DNA from: Vulcanimicrobiota bacterium
GTDB lineage: Bacteria > Vulcanimicrobiota > Vulcanimicrobiia > Vulcanimicrobiales > Vulcanimicrobiaceae
Assembly (NCBI GenBank): GCA_963733295.1
Contig: CAVTCS010000003.1
Location: 672,001-736,000, forward strand
Reading direction: 5' to 3'
DNA: 64,000 nt
In this document: positions 10,538 to 20,485 of the stretch, one piece after another
Layout: the number at the start of each line of letters is the position of its first letter
Numbering within the stretch: the first letter of the stretch is position 1
Program-made: the position numbers and the translations under genes
The notes under the pieces: generated by a model
What the model saw: the letters and a program-made list of their open reading frames with translations, nothing else
Told to the model about the DNA's origin: nothing
Databases searched by the model: none

Positions 10538-12208
10538 CTAGGGCTTGAAAAGGCCGGGGCTTAGGACCGGAGGGGCCGGGCGCGCCGGCATTCGCGTCGT
10601 ACGGACGAAGCGGCGCGCCGCCGAAGCACGTTGAGCGTTGGACTTGGCGATCATGGCTGCAAATTGTTCCGAATGCGGATTGCCGAAATGCGACGTGCGG
10701 TGCGACGAGGCGCTGCGGCTCTTCAGGCTGACGCCGGCCAGGCGAGTCGAGGCGTCACCGTATGGGTGAGCCACGATGCGGTATTGGAACGCAAGCGTGT
10801 TGCGGCCGCCCATGAGCTCTCGAACGGCGAATCCGCGCGGCGTCTTGTTCGCGACGTAGAGGCCGTGACAGTCGCCTTCGGGCGTGACGAATACGAGATA
10901 CGGCCGGCTGGTGTCGATCGTGGACGCAAAACTCCGCTCGAGCGGAACGTTTGCCTGCCCGTTCACCATTTCCGCCTCGCCGAAGTCTTCCATCGTGGGC
11001 AGACTCTGGCTCGCCGCATACGTCTTCAGCGCGGCACCGCTCGACGTCTTGTGGATCGATCCCCACGGTCCGGTGAGGCAGTTGGCGGTGTTCCCTTCCG
11101 GGAACACGGCGCAGTCCGTGTAAATTGCGCCGGTGACGTAGACGTCGCCGCTGATCTGGACGTCGCTGCCTCGGCAATCTCCGAGTATTTCCGAGCCGTA
11201 GCTCGCGCACGCCGTGTCTTCGATGATGAAGGTTTCACCGTGAGGACCGCGGCCTCCGGTGACGTCGTTGTAAGTCGCAAAGGGATAGGTTCCCGCGGCT
11301 CCCTCGATCGCTTGGACGACGGGAGCCGATGCGCTGCCCGATTGCCCGTACGCGGTGATTCCAATGCCGGAAGATGAGGTGAGGGCCACGCCAGCGTGAC
11401 TGAGATCCGAAACCGCCTCAAGCCCGAAGTTCGCACCGGCTCCGGCTTCGAACCACCCGGCCGTAGCTCCGGAATCGCTGTACGACTTGATTCCATAAAG
11501 ACCGCCGCCGTATTGGTACGAGTCGATGGAATCGTTCCCATTGGAGGAGTAGGCGTAGAGCGCTTGTCCGCCGTTCGAGGTTCCAAGTGAGAACGCTCCA
11601 ACTCCGGCGCCGTACGTAGAAGAACCCGCGGCTCCGAAGTTGCTCGCCACCGTCGACTCGTCGTTTCCGTACACGCCGGCCCAACCGTTGCTCGAGGTAG
11701 AAGTCGAACCCGCCACGCCGTATCCGACGGCAGATTCGCCGACGACTCCGTTCCCTGAGGCGCCGCTGGAGAAACCGAACACCGCGCTGCCGCCCGAAGA
11801 GTTGTTGACGCCATAGACGGAAGCTGCGCCTCCGTTGTTGTTGAATCCGTACACCCCGGGTCCGGTGGCCGAGTATCCGTAGATGCCGTACGCAGAGGTT
11901 CCGGTCGATTGCGCCCAACCGACGACGCCGACCGACTGCGGAGTTTGTACGTAGCCCACGACGCCGTCGATATTGATGGCGCTCGAAGCGACGGTTCCGT
12001 ACCCGAAGACGCCCGCATCGTTTTGATAGCCGGTGATCCCCTTGATCGCGTAGCCGGGCGCTCCGCTCGGACCGCTGTCGGTGACCTTCAACGGCCCCGG
12101 TATCGATTGCGCCGCGACCGGTCCAACAAGCCCGAGGACGAGCGCGCAAGCACGAGCCAGAATTACCAAAGCGAACGAACGTCGAAACGCACGCATGAGT
12201 GAGCGCAA
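10538..12208 (-). CDS. Secreted Gly-rich fibre-like protein, paralogue 3
   Basis: 556 aa, same N-domain and C-domain; AAGGAG + TTG start. Confidence 0.82.
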   Translation of the reverse strand: MRSLMRAFRRSFALVILARACALVLGLVGPVAAQSIPGPLKVTDSGPSGAPGYAIKGITGYQNDAGVFGYGTVASSAINIDGVVGYVQTPQSVGVVGWAQSTGTSAYGIYGYSATGPGVYGFNNNGGAASVYGVNNSSGGSAVFGFSSGASGNGVVGESAVGYGVAGSTSTSSNGWAGVYGNDESTVASNFGAAGSSTYGAGVGAFSLGTSNGGQALYAYSSNGNDSIDSYQYGGGLYGIKSYSDSGATAGWFEAGAGANFGLEAVSDLSHAGVALTSSSGIGITAYGQSGSASAPVVQAIEGAAGTYPFATYNDVTGGRGPHGETFIIEDTACASYGSEILGDCRGSDVQISGDVYVTGAIYTDCAVFPEGNTANCLTGPWGSIHKTSSGAALKTYAASQSLPTMEDFGEAEMVNGQANVPLERSFASTIDTSRPYLVFVTPEGDCHGLYVANKTPRGFAVRELMGGRNTLAFQYRIVAHPYGDASTRLAGVSLKSRSASSHRTSHFGNPHSEQFAAMIAKSNAQRASAARRFVRTTRMPARPAPPVLSPGLFKP

Positions 12209-12293
12209 AGCTGACTCCTTTACCGGTGAGAGGCCCGAGCAAGCGGGCGTCCGTAAAATGTATCACGAGCCCGAACGGGGCGCCAGGCGGCGC

Positions 12294-13073
12294 CTAGAAT
12301 TGGCCCGCGCGATGCAACCTTTGCTCGGACGGAACTCGAAACTCGGCACTCGATTTCGGGAGTCGCACGAAGCGCCCGAGTAACTGTTGCGTGCGCTCGG
12401 GAAACGTCGCGTACTCGTCCTCGGCGAGGCAGTGCGCGTAGTCGACTTGCTGGCGGATGAATGCGCGCGTGTACTGCATGTTCACGGCGCGGCGCGGCTC
12501 GTTCGTGGAGTTCGTACTGCCCCGATGCCACAACCGGCTGTTGAAAACGAGCGCGGTTCCCGCAGCGCCCGTCACTTGGACCGCAAGCTCCTCGAGCTGC
12601 GCGTCGCTCGGACGACGCTCCGCGCGATGCGTACCGGGAACCACGAACGTGGCACCGTTTTGCGGCGTGAAGTCGTCGACGAATGCGAACGCGTTGAAGG
12701 AGACGTCGGCTCCGTTGAGCCACGGACGAAAATCCTGGTGGAAGGCGGCTTGTTGGTGCTGCTTCGAGGGGAAGAGCACGATGCCGTTCTGCAGGTGTAA
12801 GATGCACGCCGGTCCGAGCATCCGCTCCACCAGCGGCATAACCGCCGGCAAAGCGATCAGCGAGAGGAAGAAGCGATCGCGCACCATCGGAAAGCGCAAC
12901 GTGCCGTACTCGCCGATTTCGAGCAAATGCCGCTCGCCGAACTCTTCCACGTCCAGGCGCTGCAAGGCATCGAGCTTTTGACGCGCGATTCCAAGCGTCG
13001 CGGCGTCGAGCGCGTTCTCGACGAGCACGAACCCGTCGCTTTGCAGGCGCTCGAAAGCGCGTTCGCTATCCAT
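12294..13073 (-). CDS. Phytanoyl-CoA dioxygenase (PhyH) family Fe(II)/2-oxoglutarate dioxygenase
   Basis: DGFVLVEN, HQD facial-triad motif, NGATFVVPGTH, WHRG...RRA. Confidence 0.88.
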   Translation of the reverse strand: MDSERAFERLQSDGFVLVENALDAATLGIARQKLDALQRLDVEEFGERHLLEIGEYGTLRFPMVRDRFFLSLIALPAVMPLVERMLGPACILHLQNGIVLFPSKQHQQAAFHQDFRPWLNGADVSFNAFAFVDDFTPQNGATFVVPGTHRAERRPSDAQLEELAVQVTGAAGTALVFNSRLWHRGSTNSTNEPRRAVNMQYTRAFIRQQVDYAHCLAEDEYATFPERTQQLLGRFVRLPKSSAEFRVPSEQRLHRAGQF

Positions 13074-14004
13074 CCTTGCTTTCGCGCTCGTAGACTTCGC
13101 GGACGACCGTCAGCGGGCGCCGTTTGATCTCGACGAACATCACGGACAGGTAGATCGCGACGATTCCAACGCTGAAGATGATCATTCCGCCGAGTAGCCA
13201 GACGGAGACGATCAGCGAGGTATAGCCTTCGGGCGCTCGTCCGAAGAAAAGAAACCGCGAAACCAAGTAAATCGTGTAGAGCACCGACAGCGCCGAAATC
13301 GCGAAACCGAAGTAGGCGATGTAGACGAGGGGTTTGTCGCTGAATGCGGTGATCGAGCGGATCATCAGAGCGCTCTTGCGCCGCAAATCGTACGTCGAGG
13401 TTCCCTTGTCGCGTTTGACCACCGGCACCGGCAACTGCGTAAAGCCGGTCGAGAGCCAAAGTCCCGAGATGACCAGCTCGCTTTCCGGGTGCGCGATGAG
13501 GTTGTCGACGTAGCGCCGGGTCATCAGACGCGCGACCACGACGTTCTCGGGAAGCTGCAAGTCCCAGAGCGCGTGCAGGATGGCGTAGTGGAGCTTCCCC
13601 GTGATTCGTTCGAACCAGGCGCCTTTACGGACGGATTGGACGCCGTAGACGACGTCCGCATTCCGGTTCGCCGCGAGAATCGCGTTGAACTGGCCGAGGA
13701 GTTCGGGTTCTTCCTCCAAATCGCAGTCGATGAGGAAGACGAGCTTCCCGGCAGCGTGGCGCAGACCGGTCATCATCGCTTTGTGATGTCCGAAGTTGCG
13801 CGAGAGATCGACGATCTTGACGTGCGGGTCGGATTCGCGCAGCGTGAGCGCGATGGCCAGCGATTCGTCGGGCGAGCCGTCGTTGACGAAGAGTATTTCG
13901 TAGTCGCCGGTGAGCTTCATGGCTTCGCTCGAAACGCGACGATGAAACTCCAGTAGATACGGAGCCGAGCGAAACATCGTAGTGACGACCGACAGTTCGA
14001 TCAC
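13066..14004 (-). CDS. GT2 polyprenyl-phosphate glycosyltransferase (GtrB/ArnC-like)
   Basis: VNDGSPD, LSRNFGHHKA, IDCDLEE, two C-terminal TM helices, EIKRRP. Confidence 0.9.
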   Translation of the reverse strand: MIELSVVTTMFRSAPYLLEFHRRVSSEAMKLTGDYEILFVNDGSPDESLAIALTLRESDPHVKIVDLSRNFGHHKAMMTGLRHAAGKLVFLIDCDLEEEPELLGQFNAILAANRNADVVYGVQSVRKGAWFERITGKLHYAILHALWDLQLPENVVVARLMTRRYVDNLIAHPESELVISGLWLSTGFTQLPVPVVKRDKGTSTYDLRRKSALMIRSITAFSDKPLVYIAYFGFAISALSVLYTIYLVSRFLFFGRAPEGYTSLIVSVWLLGGMIIFSVGIVAIYLSVMFVEIKRRPLTVVREVYERESKDG

Positions 14005-14022
14005 GACGAGTCACCTTTTTGC

Positions 14023-15747
14023 TCAAGAATTCGTCCGGACCTCCGGTTTGACTCGGGTCTCGCACCATACGCGTTGAACGGTCGTCACCGGAATCGGATG
14101 GAGAACGACGCTGCGCAGCTGCCCCCCAAAGCGTTCCGAGCACCAAATCCTCAACTCCTCGAGGCGATTCTGGTCGGCAACCATGAGTATGCCGGCGGGC
14201 GATCTGACTCTCTCGATAAACCCTCGACCGCTCGCTTCTTCGGCGGACGCAACGGAGAATGGGGCAAACGTAAAGACGCCAAACGGATAGAGTTTCAAGA
14301 CACGCGCTTCTGGATCGTTTGCGAGAAGCGGAAAAATGTATTCGATGGGAAGCCCCGCACCCCAATCGACGACGACTTCATCGGGTAGTCCCCGGATGTT
14401 CGCTTGCTCGATTCGAACCCTCCGCAGCGAGTCGAAAGCCTCAGGGGCAATCGCACGATAGACGAGGATCGCCGACAAGGTCACGACACCCGCCGCAATG
14501 AGACGCCGCGCTCTCGCGTTCCGCAGCCGCTCTTTGAGATCAGCGTCTCGCTGGGGAACGGACAAGAATATCAGCGAGATCGCGCAGAGCAAATCGAGCG
14601 CAGGAAAATCGGTGCGCAAGACTCCGCCGCGCCCGAGGAATCCCATGACGAAGACCGTCGCGCAGAGTATTGCCCACGAAAGAACAACGGGCCCTCTCGG
14701 CCTCAAAGCTAGAAGGGCTAAGGCGCAGAACGCGACGGGCAAGATCTCCGGCGAAATCAGCGCTTGCAGAGAAGAGAAACCCGCAGTCATGCCGGCGCTC
14801 AGATATTCCGCCGGCCCTAGAGCTGCGAGCAGCGCTTGTAACTTCTGTGGGTCGGCGATCTTGGGATCGACGAAGAAGAAGTGCTGTATGAGGTTCAGAT
14901 CGTTTTGTGAATATCCGTAGCGCGCGAGAATTTCCGGATGCGATCTCAACCGATCGGCAGCTCCAAAATCGGTGAATGCCGCCCGAACGGCGTTCAAGTC
15001 GTTGTAGCGTTCCCACTTGCTACCGGTATAGTGCGAGTGGTCGAAGAGCGCGGCGACGACCAAGAGTGAAAAGATGAGGCCGGCAGCGATCTGCAGTTTC
15101 CTATCGGTCCGGATGCCGCTGTACGCGACGAGCGGCGACGCGACCACGCAGACCACGAAGAATTCTTGGCTTCGAACGAGATACCCCGCAAACGCAAGCA
15201 GCGCAGCGAGAAGCAGTGCGCCACTCTTGCCCGAACGAGCGTATACCCAGAAGCCGAGCACCGCTGCGACGGTGAGGAGTCCTGCATTGAGCGTAAACTG
15301 CGGAAAGATCGTTGGTCGCAGGATGAAAAGAAAGACGGCGATCGTCGAAACGTAGAGTCCAACTCCAAGTCGCCGAAGGAAATAAAGAATCGCGGTTCCG
15401 GCTCCGAGGAGCGCCAGCAGGGCGGCGATCGAGTAACCCAAGACGCCGTAGACGCTTGGGATCGCACGTGCGACGTATCCCCAGAGTACGCCGGAAAAGA
15501 CGAGATCGGGCGAGCCATACGCCGCAATTCCGTAGCCGTGCGCGACCATCGACATCGCGACGTCGTCATTCGTTTCCCAGCGCGGTACGAAAAACAAACA
15601 CGACAGAATGAGGAAGCCGGTCACTGCTCCGAGCGACGAGAGGGCGAGCCAGGCTGACGACGATTCAACTTTTCTCAAGCGCGAACCAATTCTCAGGTCT
15701 GTCGACCGCTTGTCGAGGAGGCAGTGCTCGGCCGTTCGCCGTAGCAT
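14023..15747 (-). CDS. Polytopic membrane protein, putative GT-C-fold glycosyltransferase
   Basis: About 10 TM segments with acidic WETNDD motif after TM1; start uncertain. Confidence 0.6.
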   Translation of the reverse strand: MLRRTAEHCLLDKRSTDLRIGSRLRKVESSSAWLALSSLGAVTGFLILSCLFFVPRWETNDDVAMSMVAHGYGIAAYGSPDLVFSGVLWGYVARAIPSVYGVLGYSIAALLALLGAGTAILYFLRRLGVGLYVSTIAVFLFILRPTIFPQFTLNAGLLTVAAVLGFWVYARSGKSGALLLAALLAFAGYLVRSQEFFVVCVVASPLVAYSGIRTDRKLQIAAGLIFSLLVVAALFDHSHYTGSKWERYNDLNAVRAAFTDFGAADRLRSHPEILARYGYSQNDLNLIQHFFFVDPKIADPQKLQALLAALGPAEYLSAGMTAGFSSLQALISPEILPVAFCALALLALRPRGPVVLSWAILCATVFVMGFLGRGGVLRTDFPALDLLCAISLIFLSVPQRDADLKERLRNARARRLIAAGVVTLSAILVYRAIAPEAFDSLRRVRIEQANIRGLPDEVVVDWGAGLPIEYIFPLLANDPEARVLKLYPFGVFTFAPFSVASAEEASGRGFIERVRSPAGILMVADQNRLEELRIWCSERFGGQLRSVVLHPIPVTTVQRVWCETRVKPEVRTNS

Positions 15748-15755
15748 GTCGTAAC

Positions 15756-16646
15756 TTGCGACTATGTCCCTTTTGCGCTTCGAGCGCTCGCGACTCGGAT
15801 TGGGAATGCACGCGTTGTGGCCGAGCTCCGCAGAAGGTCGAAGGCTACGTTCGGCTAGCCCCGCAATTTGCCGAGGACACGACGGGATTCGACGCGGATT
15901 TTTTCGACCGGTTATTCGGCGTCGAAGACGGTAGTTTTTGGTTTGTGGGGCGCAGCGCCCTCATCGTGTGGGCGCTTCGGAAGTATTTCGGAGCGGCAAA
16001 AGATCTCTTGGAGATCGGCTGCGGCACCGGTTACGTGCTGGCGTGCCTTCACGACGCCTTTCCGCAATTGCGACTCTCCGGAAGCGAGGTGCTAGCCGCC
16101 GGCTTGCCCTTCGCGAGTTCGCGCATGACGGGGGCCGAGCTTCTTCAGATGGACGCGCGCAGCATTCCCTTCGACCGCGAGTTCGACGTGGTCTGCGCCT
16201 TCGACGTCATCGAGCACATCGCGGAGGACGGAGAAGTTCTCGAGCAGATGTACCGCGCGGCGAAACCCGGCGGCGGTATCATGCTCACCGTTCCCCAGCA
16301 CGCATGGCTTTGGAGCCGGACGGACGACTACGCGCGCCACGAGCGCCGCTACAGCCGCCGGGCGTTGATCGATAAAGTTCGCGCGGCGGGTTTCTCAGTT
16401 CTGCGAGTCACTTCGTTCGTCTCGCTTCTGATGCCGCTCATGATCGCGAGCCGCGCGCTCGACGGCGTACGTAGACACGAGTCCGGCACGCCCGCCGAGT
16501 TTCGTCTGCCGGAATGGCTCAATGCCGGGCTTTGCCGAGGCCTCGATCTCGAGCGATGGCTCATCGGACTCGGAGTATCGTTTCCGGCCGGGGGCTCGCT
16601 CTTGCTGGTGGCGCAGCGGCCCGCGCTGCCCGAGCCGCCTCCTTGA
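15756..16646 (+). CDS. Class I SAM-dependent methyltransferase
   Basis: N-terminal CxxC..CxxC, LEIGCGTG, FDVIEHI, HERRY. Confidence 0.88.
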   Translation: MRLCPFCASSARDSDWECTRCGRAPQKVEGYVRLAPQFAEDTTGFDADFFDRLFGVEDGSFWFVGRSALIVWALRKYFGAAKDLLEIGCGTGYVLACLHDAFPQLRLSGSEVLAAGLPFASSRMTGAELLQMDARSIPFDREFDVVCAFDVIEHIAEDGEVLEQMYRAAKPGGGIMLTVPQHAWLWSRTDDYARHERRYSRRALIDKVRAAGFSVLRVTSFVSLLMPLMIASRALDGVRRHESGTPAEFRLPEWLNAGLCRGLDLERWLIGLGVSFPAGGSLLLVAQRPALPEPPP

Positions 16647-18766
16647 GGGTTTTCAGCCCTTCGCGCATCGTCACGTGGTGCGCGTTGCTCGTTATTCCGT
16701 TTGTCGCGATGGGTTCGGCGATCGGCAAAGTGGGTCTCGTCTTGGACGACTGGTTTCTGTGGCGCGCCGCCGCCGAAAACCGCTGGTTCGCGCTCGATGG
16801 CCTGCGGCCGCTTTGCTGCCTGCCGATGGCGCTGGCGCATGGGTTCGCCGGCAACAACATGTCGCTGCTGGCCGTTTTCAACATCCTCGCGCACGGCGTG
16901 TCCGCGATCCTCGCGTACGAGTTCGGACTGCTGCTGCTCTCGCAAGCGTTTCCCCGGAGCGGCCGCTTCTTGGCTGCGATCGCAGCAGCAATCTTCGTCG
17001 TCTATCCCTCCGACGTTTCGAGATATTGGTTTACCGCCTCGATCGGTGCGCGCTTCGTTACGATCGAGCTCCTGTCGGCGGCGCTCCTCTGGATGCTGGC
17101 GGTGCGAACGCGACGGCCCGCGCTGGTCGCTTTGGCGTTCGTCCCGGCGGGGGTCGATCTCTTGAGAACCGAAAGCGGGGTCGCGCTTTTGGCGTTGCTT
17201 CCATTCTTGACGTTCGCCCGCAGCGAGCGTCCGTGGCGTTTCCCGTGGATCGCGCCTTCGGCGCTCTGGTTCGGTGCGCTCGGCGGCTATCTGGTTTGGC
17301 ACTTCGCATTTGCCAAAGCGCAGTGGCCTTTCGGACGGTTCGGCAGCGCGATCGCCGACGTTCGCCCACTCGAATTGGCCTCGCCGCTGGCGATTATCGG
17401 ATGGTTCGTTGCGAGTCTCTGGGAGATGACGGCCGAGACGGTGGGTCTCGCCTTCCGCCAGCTCGATGCCGCGGTGCGAGGCGGAACGGACAGCATCGGC
17501 TTGCCGATTTTCGCCGCCGGATTCGGAATCGCCGTCGCGTTGATCTTGTGGCTGGGAAGCCGCGACCGGCTCGACGCGGCGGAAATCGAAAACTCGCTGA
17601 ACCTGCGCCGCTGGTCGCGCTTCGCGCTGTGGGCTCTGCTCGTGACGTTCGCCGGTTTGCTTCCGTTTCTCGTCAACGGCACGCACTATGCGCCCGAACG
17701 GACGCAGCCGCACGGCGTTCTTTCGCGTTCGACGGCGATCGCGGCGCTCGGCGTCAGCGGGCTGCTCGTGGTCGTCGCGCTGCTGCCGCTCTACCGGCCC
17801 GAGAAGCGCGGAGCCCCGAACAAACGGCGGGTCCGGCGCGTGAACCCCGCGCTCAATCTGGTTGCCGCCGGGACGCTGTGTGCTTTCGTCGTCGCGCTCG
17901 GAGTCGTTCGTCTCGTGCAAGCGGGCGAGGACTATGCGAACGGTTGGAGCGAGCAGAAGGCGCTGCTGCGGGCGGCGCTGCGTAGCGGCGACGTTTGGCA
18001 AAGGGGCGCCGTCGTCGTACTGCACGATTTTCCCGTCCGCGCGGGCACTGCTCCGGCTCCGCTCACCGTTCAGTCCTGGGCGTATCGCTCGGCCCTCGGG
18101 CTCTTCTTGGACCCGGCACCCTCCGATCTGTTCCTTACCGCCGAGCCCTCGGATCTGCGAATCTTACCCGACAATGCGGGCGAGACTGCCGATTGGGTCA
18201 TCGAACGCGATGTTCTGGGCGTCAAGTGGTACCCGCGCGACCGGTTGCGCGTTCCGCTCAAGGACGTCGTCGTGCTGGCGTACGATCCCGTCAGCGCGTC
18301 GATCGTCGTACTCGACAAATTTCCTCGCGAGAATCTTCCCAACGGATCTCCCGAGGTTCGTCTCTTCACAGGTCTGAATCGACCGCGAACGCCGCGTCGC
18401 ATCACCCCTGCCGCACTCGAGATGTTGGCGCCCTGGCCGCAAGCAACGTTGTGTTCCACTGAAGTCGTCGTTCGCTCGGCCGACGCCGCACCGCGGGACG
18501 GAACGATCGCGGCCTTTGCAGTTCCGTCAGGGAAGCTGCTCGATCGCCGCTACGTCGCATCGGGCGCAGCTCTGAACTACAGCTTTGCTACGCCATGCGG
18601 TACGATGGGCGTCTTGAGATTCGACCCTGGCTCGCGACGATTTATCGATGCGCTCCCGCTATCGCAGGCGAACGCTGCCGGGCGCGAAGCTTGGCGCGCG
18701 AGCGGCGACGGCACGACCCGGGCGGTACGGACCTCATTCCGCGAATTGAAAGCCGCTGGGATTTAG
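16643..18766 (+). CDS. Polytopic membrane protein, putative GT-C-fold (GtrII-like) with soluble C-terminal domain
   Basis: TTG overlapping upstream stop; LVLDDW after TM1, LRPL, many TM helices. Confidence 0.6.
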   Translation: MRVFSPSRIVTWCALLVIPFVAMGSAIGKVGLVLDDWFLWRAAAENRWFALDGLRPLCCLPMALAHGFAGNNMSLLAVFNILAHGVSAILAYEFGLLLLSQAFPRSGRFLAAIAAAIFVVYPSDVSRYWFTASIGARFVTIELLSAALLWMLAVRTRRPALVALAFVPAGVDLLRTESGVALLALLPFLTFARSERPWRFPWIAPSALWFGALGGYLVWHFAFAKAQWPFGRFGSAIADVRPLELASPLAIIGWFVASLWEMTAETVGLAFRQLDAAVRGGTDSIGLPIFAAGFGIAVALILWLGSRDRLDAAEIENSLNLRRWSRFALWALLVTFAGLLPFLVNGTHYAPERTQPHGVLSRSTAIAALGVSGLLVVVALLPLYRPEKRGAPNKRRVRRVNPALNLVAAGTLCAFVVALGVVRLVQAGEDYANGWSEQKALLRAALRSGDVWQRGAVVVLHDFPVRAGTAPAPLTVQSWAYRSALGLFLDPAPSDLFLTAEPSDLRILPDNAGETADWVIERDVLGVKWYPRDRLRVPLKDVVVLAYDPVSASIVVLDKFPRENLPNGSPEVRLFTGLNRPRTPRRITPAALEMLAPWPQATLCSTEVVVRSADAAPRDGTIAAFAVPSGKLLDRRYVASGAALNYSFATPCGTMGVLRFDPGSRRFIDALPLSQANAAGREAWRASGDGTTRAVRTSFRELKAAGI

Positions 18767-18781
18767 AGCGCAGCCCCAACG

Positions 18782-18820
18782 AAAGAAAAACGGCCGCGCT
18801 TTCGACGCGGCCGTTCTCTT
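18782..18820. terminator. Bidirectional intrinsic terminator
   Basis: AACGGCCGCG/CGCGGCCGTT stem with A-rich 5' and T-rich 3' flanks between convergent genes. Confidence 0.8.
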
Positions 18821-18850
18821 CTGACCCCTCGAGGAGTCAGCCTTCGTTCG

Positions 18851-20380
18851 CTACTTCGGGGAGAGGTTGACGGTCGGCATGGGCAGACGAGCCGGAGTGC
18901 GTCCGAAACGCAGGCCTTGCGCTCTCTTATGCAGTGCCGCCGTCTTCATTGCGCCCGCATTGCCGAAGCGGCCGAGTCGCATTGCAACGTGCGGCGCCGA
19001 ACCCGCCACCGTAGCCAAGCGGACCGCGGTGCTGCCGCGCGGATGCGCGACGATGCGGTATTCGAACGCGCCGGTGCTACGGCCGCCGTTCATTTCACGA
19101 ACAACGAAGCCTGACGGCGTCTTACTCGTTACGTACAGGCCGCGATTCTCGCTTTCCGACGTGATGAACACGAGATACGAACGGCTCGGATCGATCGTCT
19201 GTGCGAAAGTCCGCTCGAGCGGGATGACGGCCTGACCGTTGGCCAAGGTGGCTTCACCGAAATCTTCCATGGTGGGAATGCTCTCGCGCGGACGGTATGT
19301 CGTCACTGCGGCAGCACCCGCACGGAGTTTCACGTCGGGTCCGATGTCGGCACAGCTCCCCGCCGTTGCTGGGAAAACGCCGCCCGCGCTGCAGCCGGCG
19401 TAGACAGTCCCGCCGACGTAGAGGTCGCCGCTCACCTGAGTGTCGCTCGAACCTGCCGGCGCAGCGCCGCTGGCGTCGGCCGTACCGGATTGAACGATGA
19501 AGGTTTCATTGGGCGTACCGCCGCCGTTGAAACCGAAGGTTCCGAAGAGATCGGTTCCGCCGACCGCATCGTAACCGATGAGCGCCGGGTCGTTCGCGGT
19601 TCCGGAGAAGCCTTCCGAGATGACGCCTTCACCGCTGGCTACGCCGACGAGGGCGAAGCCCGAAGTCAAGAGGCCACCGAACACTTCCATAGCCGTACCG
19701 CTCGTCGACGACGCGATGGCGCCGAAACCGCTGTCCGACTGCAAGATCGCGCCGGTGCCGCCGTTTACCGCGTTACCGAAAACGGCCGAGCCGACCACGC
19801 TCGAGGTCGCGCCCGCGACACCGAAGTTGGCGCCGGCAGTCGAGTTGTCGGAGCCGGCGATTCCCGCAAAGCCTCCCAACGCATTACCCGTCTCAGTCGT
19901 GCCGACGACGCCGTTCGCCGCCGCTGAGTCTCCCTGCACGCCGTTTCCGCCGGTCGAAGAGCCGAATACCGCGATGCCGCCCGAACTCGAGTTTTGACCC
20001 AAGATGGAAGCCGCGGCGCCGTTCGCGTTAAAGCCGAACACGCCGGGTCCGGTATCCGAGTGTCCGAACATGCCGTAAGCTGAGGTTCCGGTCGACGACG
20101 ACCAGCCGACGACGCCCACGGACTGCGGCGTCTGCACGTAACCGACGACGCCGTCGATGTTGATGGCGCTCGAGGCTACGGTGCCGTAGCCGAAGACGCC
20201 GGCATCGTTCGCAAAGCCGGTGATACCTTTGATTGCGTAACCGGGAGATCCGCTCGGACCGCTATCGGTGACTTTCAGCGGCCCTGGTATGGATTGTGCC
20301 GCGACGGGCCCAACGAGCCCAAAGACGAGCGCTCCTGCGCCCGCTATCAATACTGCCAACGAGGACGAATTTGAACGCAA
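18851..20380 (-). CDS. Secreted Gly-rich fibre-like protein, paralogue 4
   Basis: 509 aa; same QSIPGPLKVTDSGPSG N-domain and PTMEDFGEA...FEYRIVAHP C-domain; AAGGGAG + TTG start. Confidence 0.82.
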   Translation of the reverse strand: MRSNSSSLAVLIAGAGALVFGLVGPVAAQSIPGPLKVTDSGPSGSPGYAIKGITGFANDAGVFGYGTVASSAINIDGVVGYVQTPQSVGVVGWSSSTGTSAYGMFGHSDTGPGVFGFNANGAAASILGQNSSSGGIAVFGSSTGGNGVQGDSAAANGVVGTTETGNALGGFAGIAGSDNSTAGANFGVAGATSSVVGSAVFGNAVNGGTGAILQSDSGFGAIASSTSGTAMEVFGGLLTSGFALVGVASGEGVISEGFSGTANDPALIGYDAVGGTDLFGTFGFNGGGTPNETFIVQSGTADASGAAPAGSSDTQVSGDLYVGGTVYAGCSAGGVFPATAGSCADIGPDVKLRAGAAAVTTYRPRESIPTMEDFGEATLANGQAVIPLERTFAQTIDPSRSYLVFITSESENRGLYVTSKTPSGFVVREMNGGRSTGAFEYRIVAHPRGSTAVRLATVAGSAPHVAMRLGRFGNAGAMKTAALHKRAQGLRFGRTPARLPMPTVNLSPK

Positions 20381-20485
20381 AGTTAGCTCCCTTCATTTTG
20401 GGCGGCTGGGCATAGCGGCGTTGGAATCGGACCCGAACGGCCGCCAACCGACCTTGCCGGAACGCGGCGCGACTCCTGCTGCCGC

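Noticed and set aside
6753..12208. Prophage tail-fibre cluster
   Set aside because: Proteins carry Sec-type signal peptides, and no capsid, terminase, baseplate or lysis genes are present
16349..18025. Long antisense or alternate-frame ORFs (also 3373-4626, 50931-52196, 53719-55044, 59170-60816)
   Set aside because: Arg/Ala-rich shadows of well-supported genes with no recognisable motifs
6753..20380. Diversity-generating retroelement or shufflon behind the paralogues
   Set aside because: No reverse transcriptase or invertase, no TR/VR pair with adenine-specific differences, and all copies share one orientation
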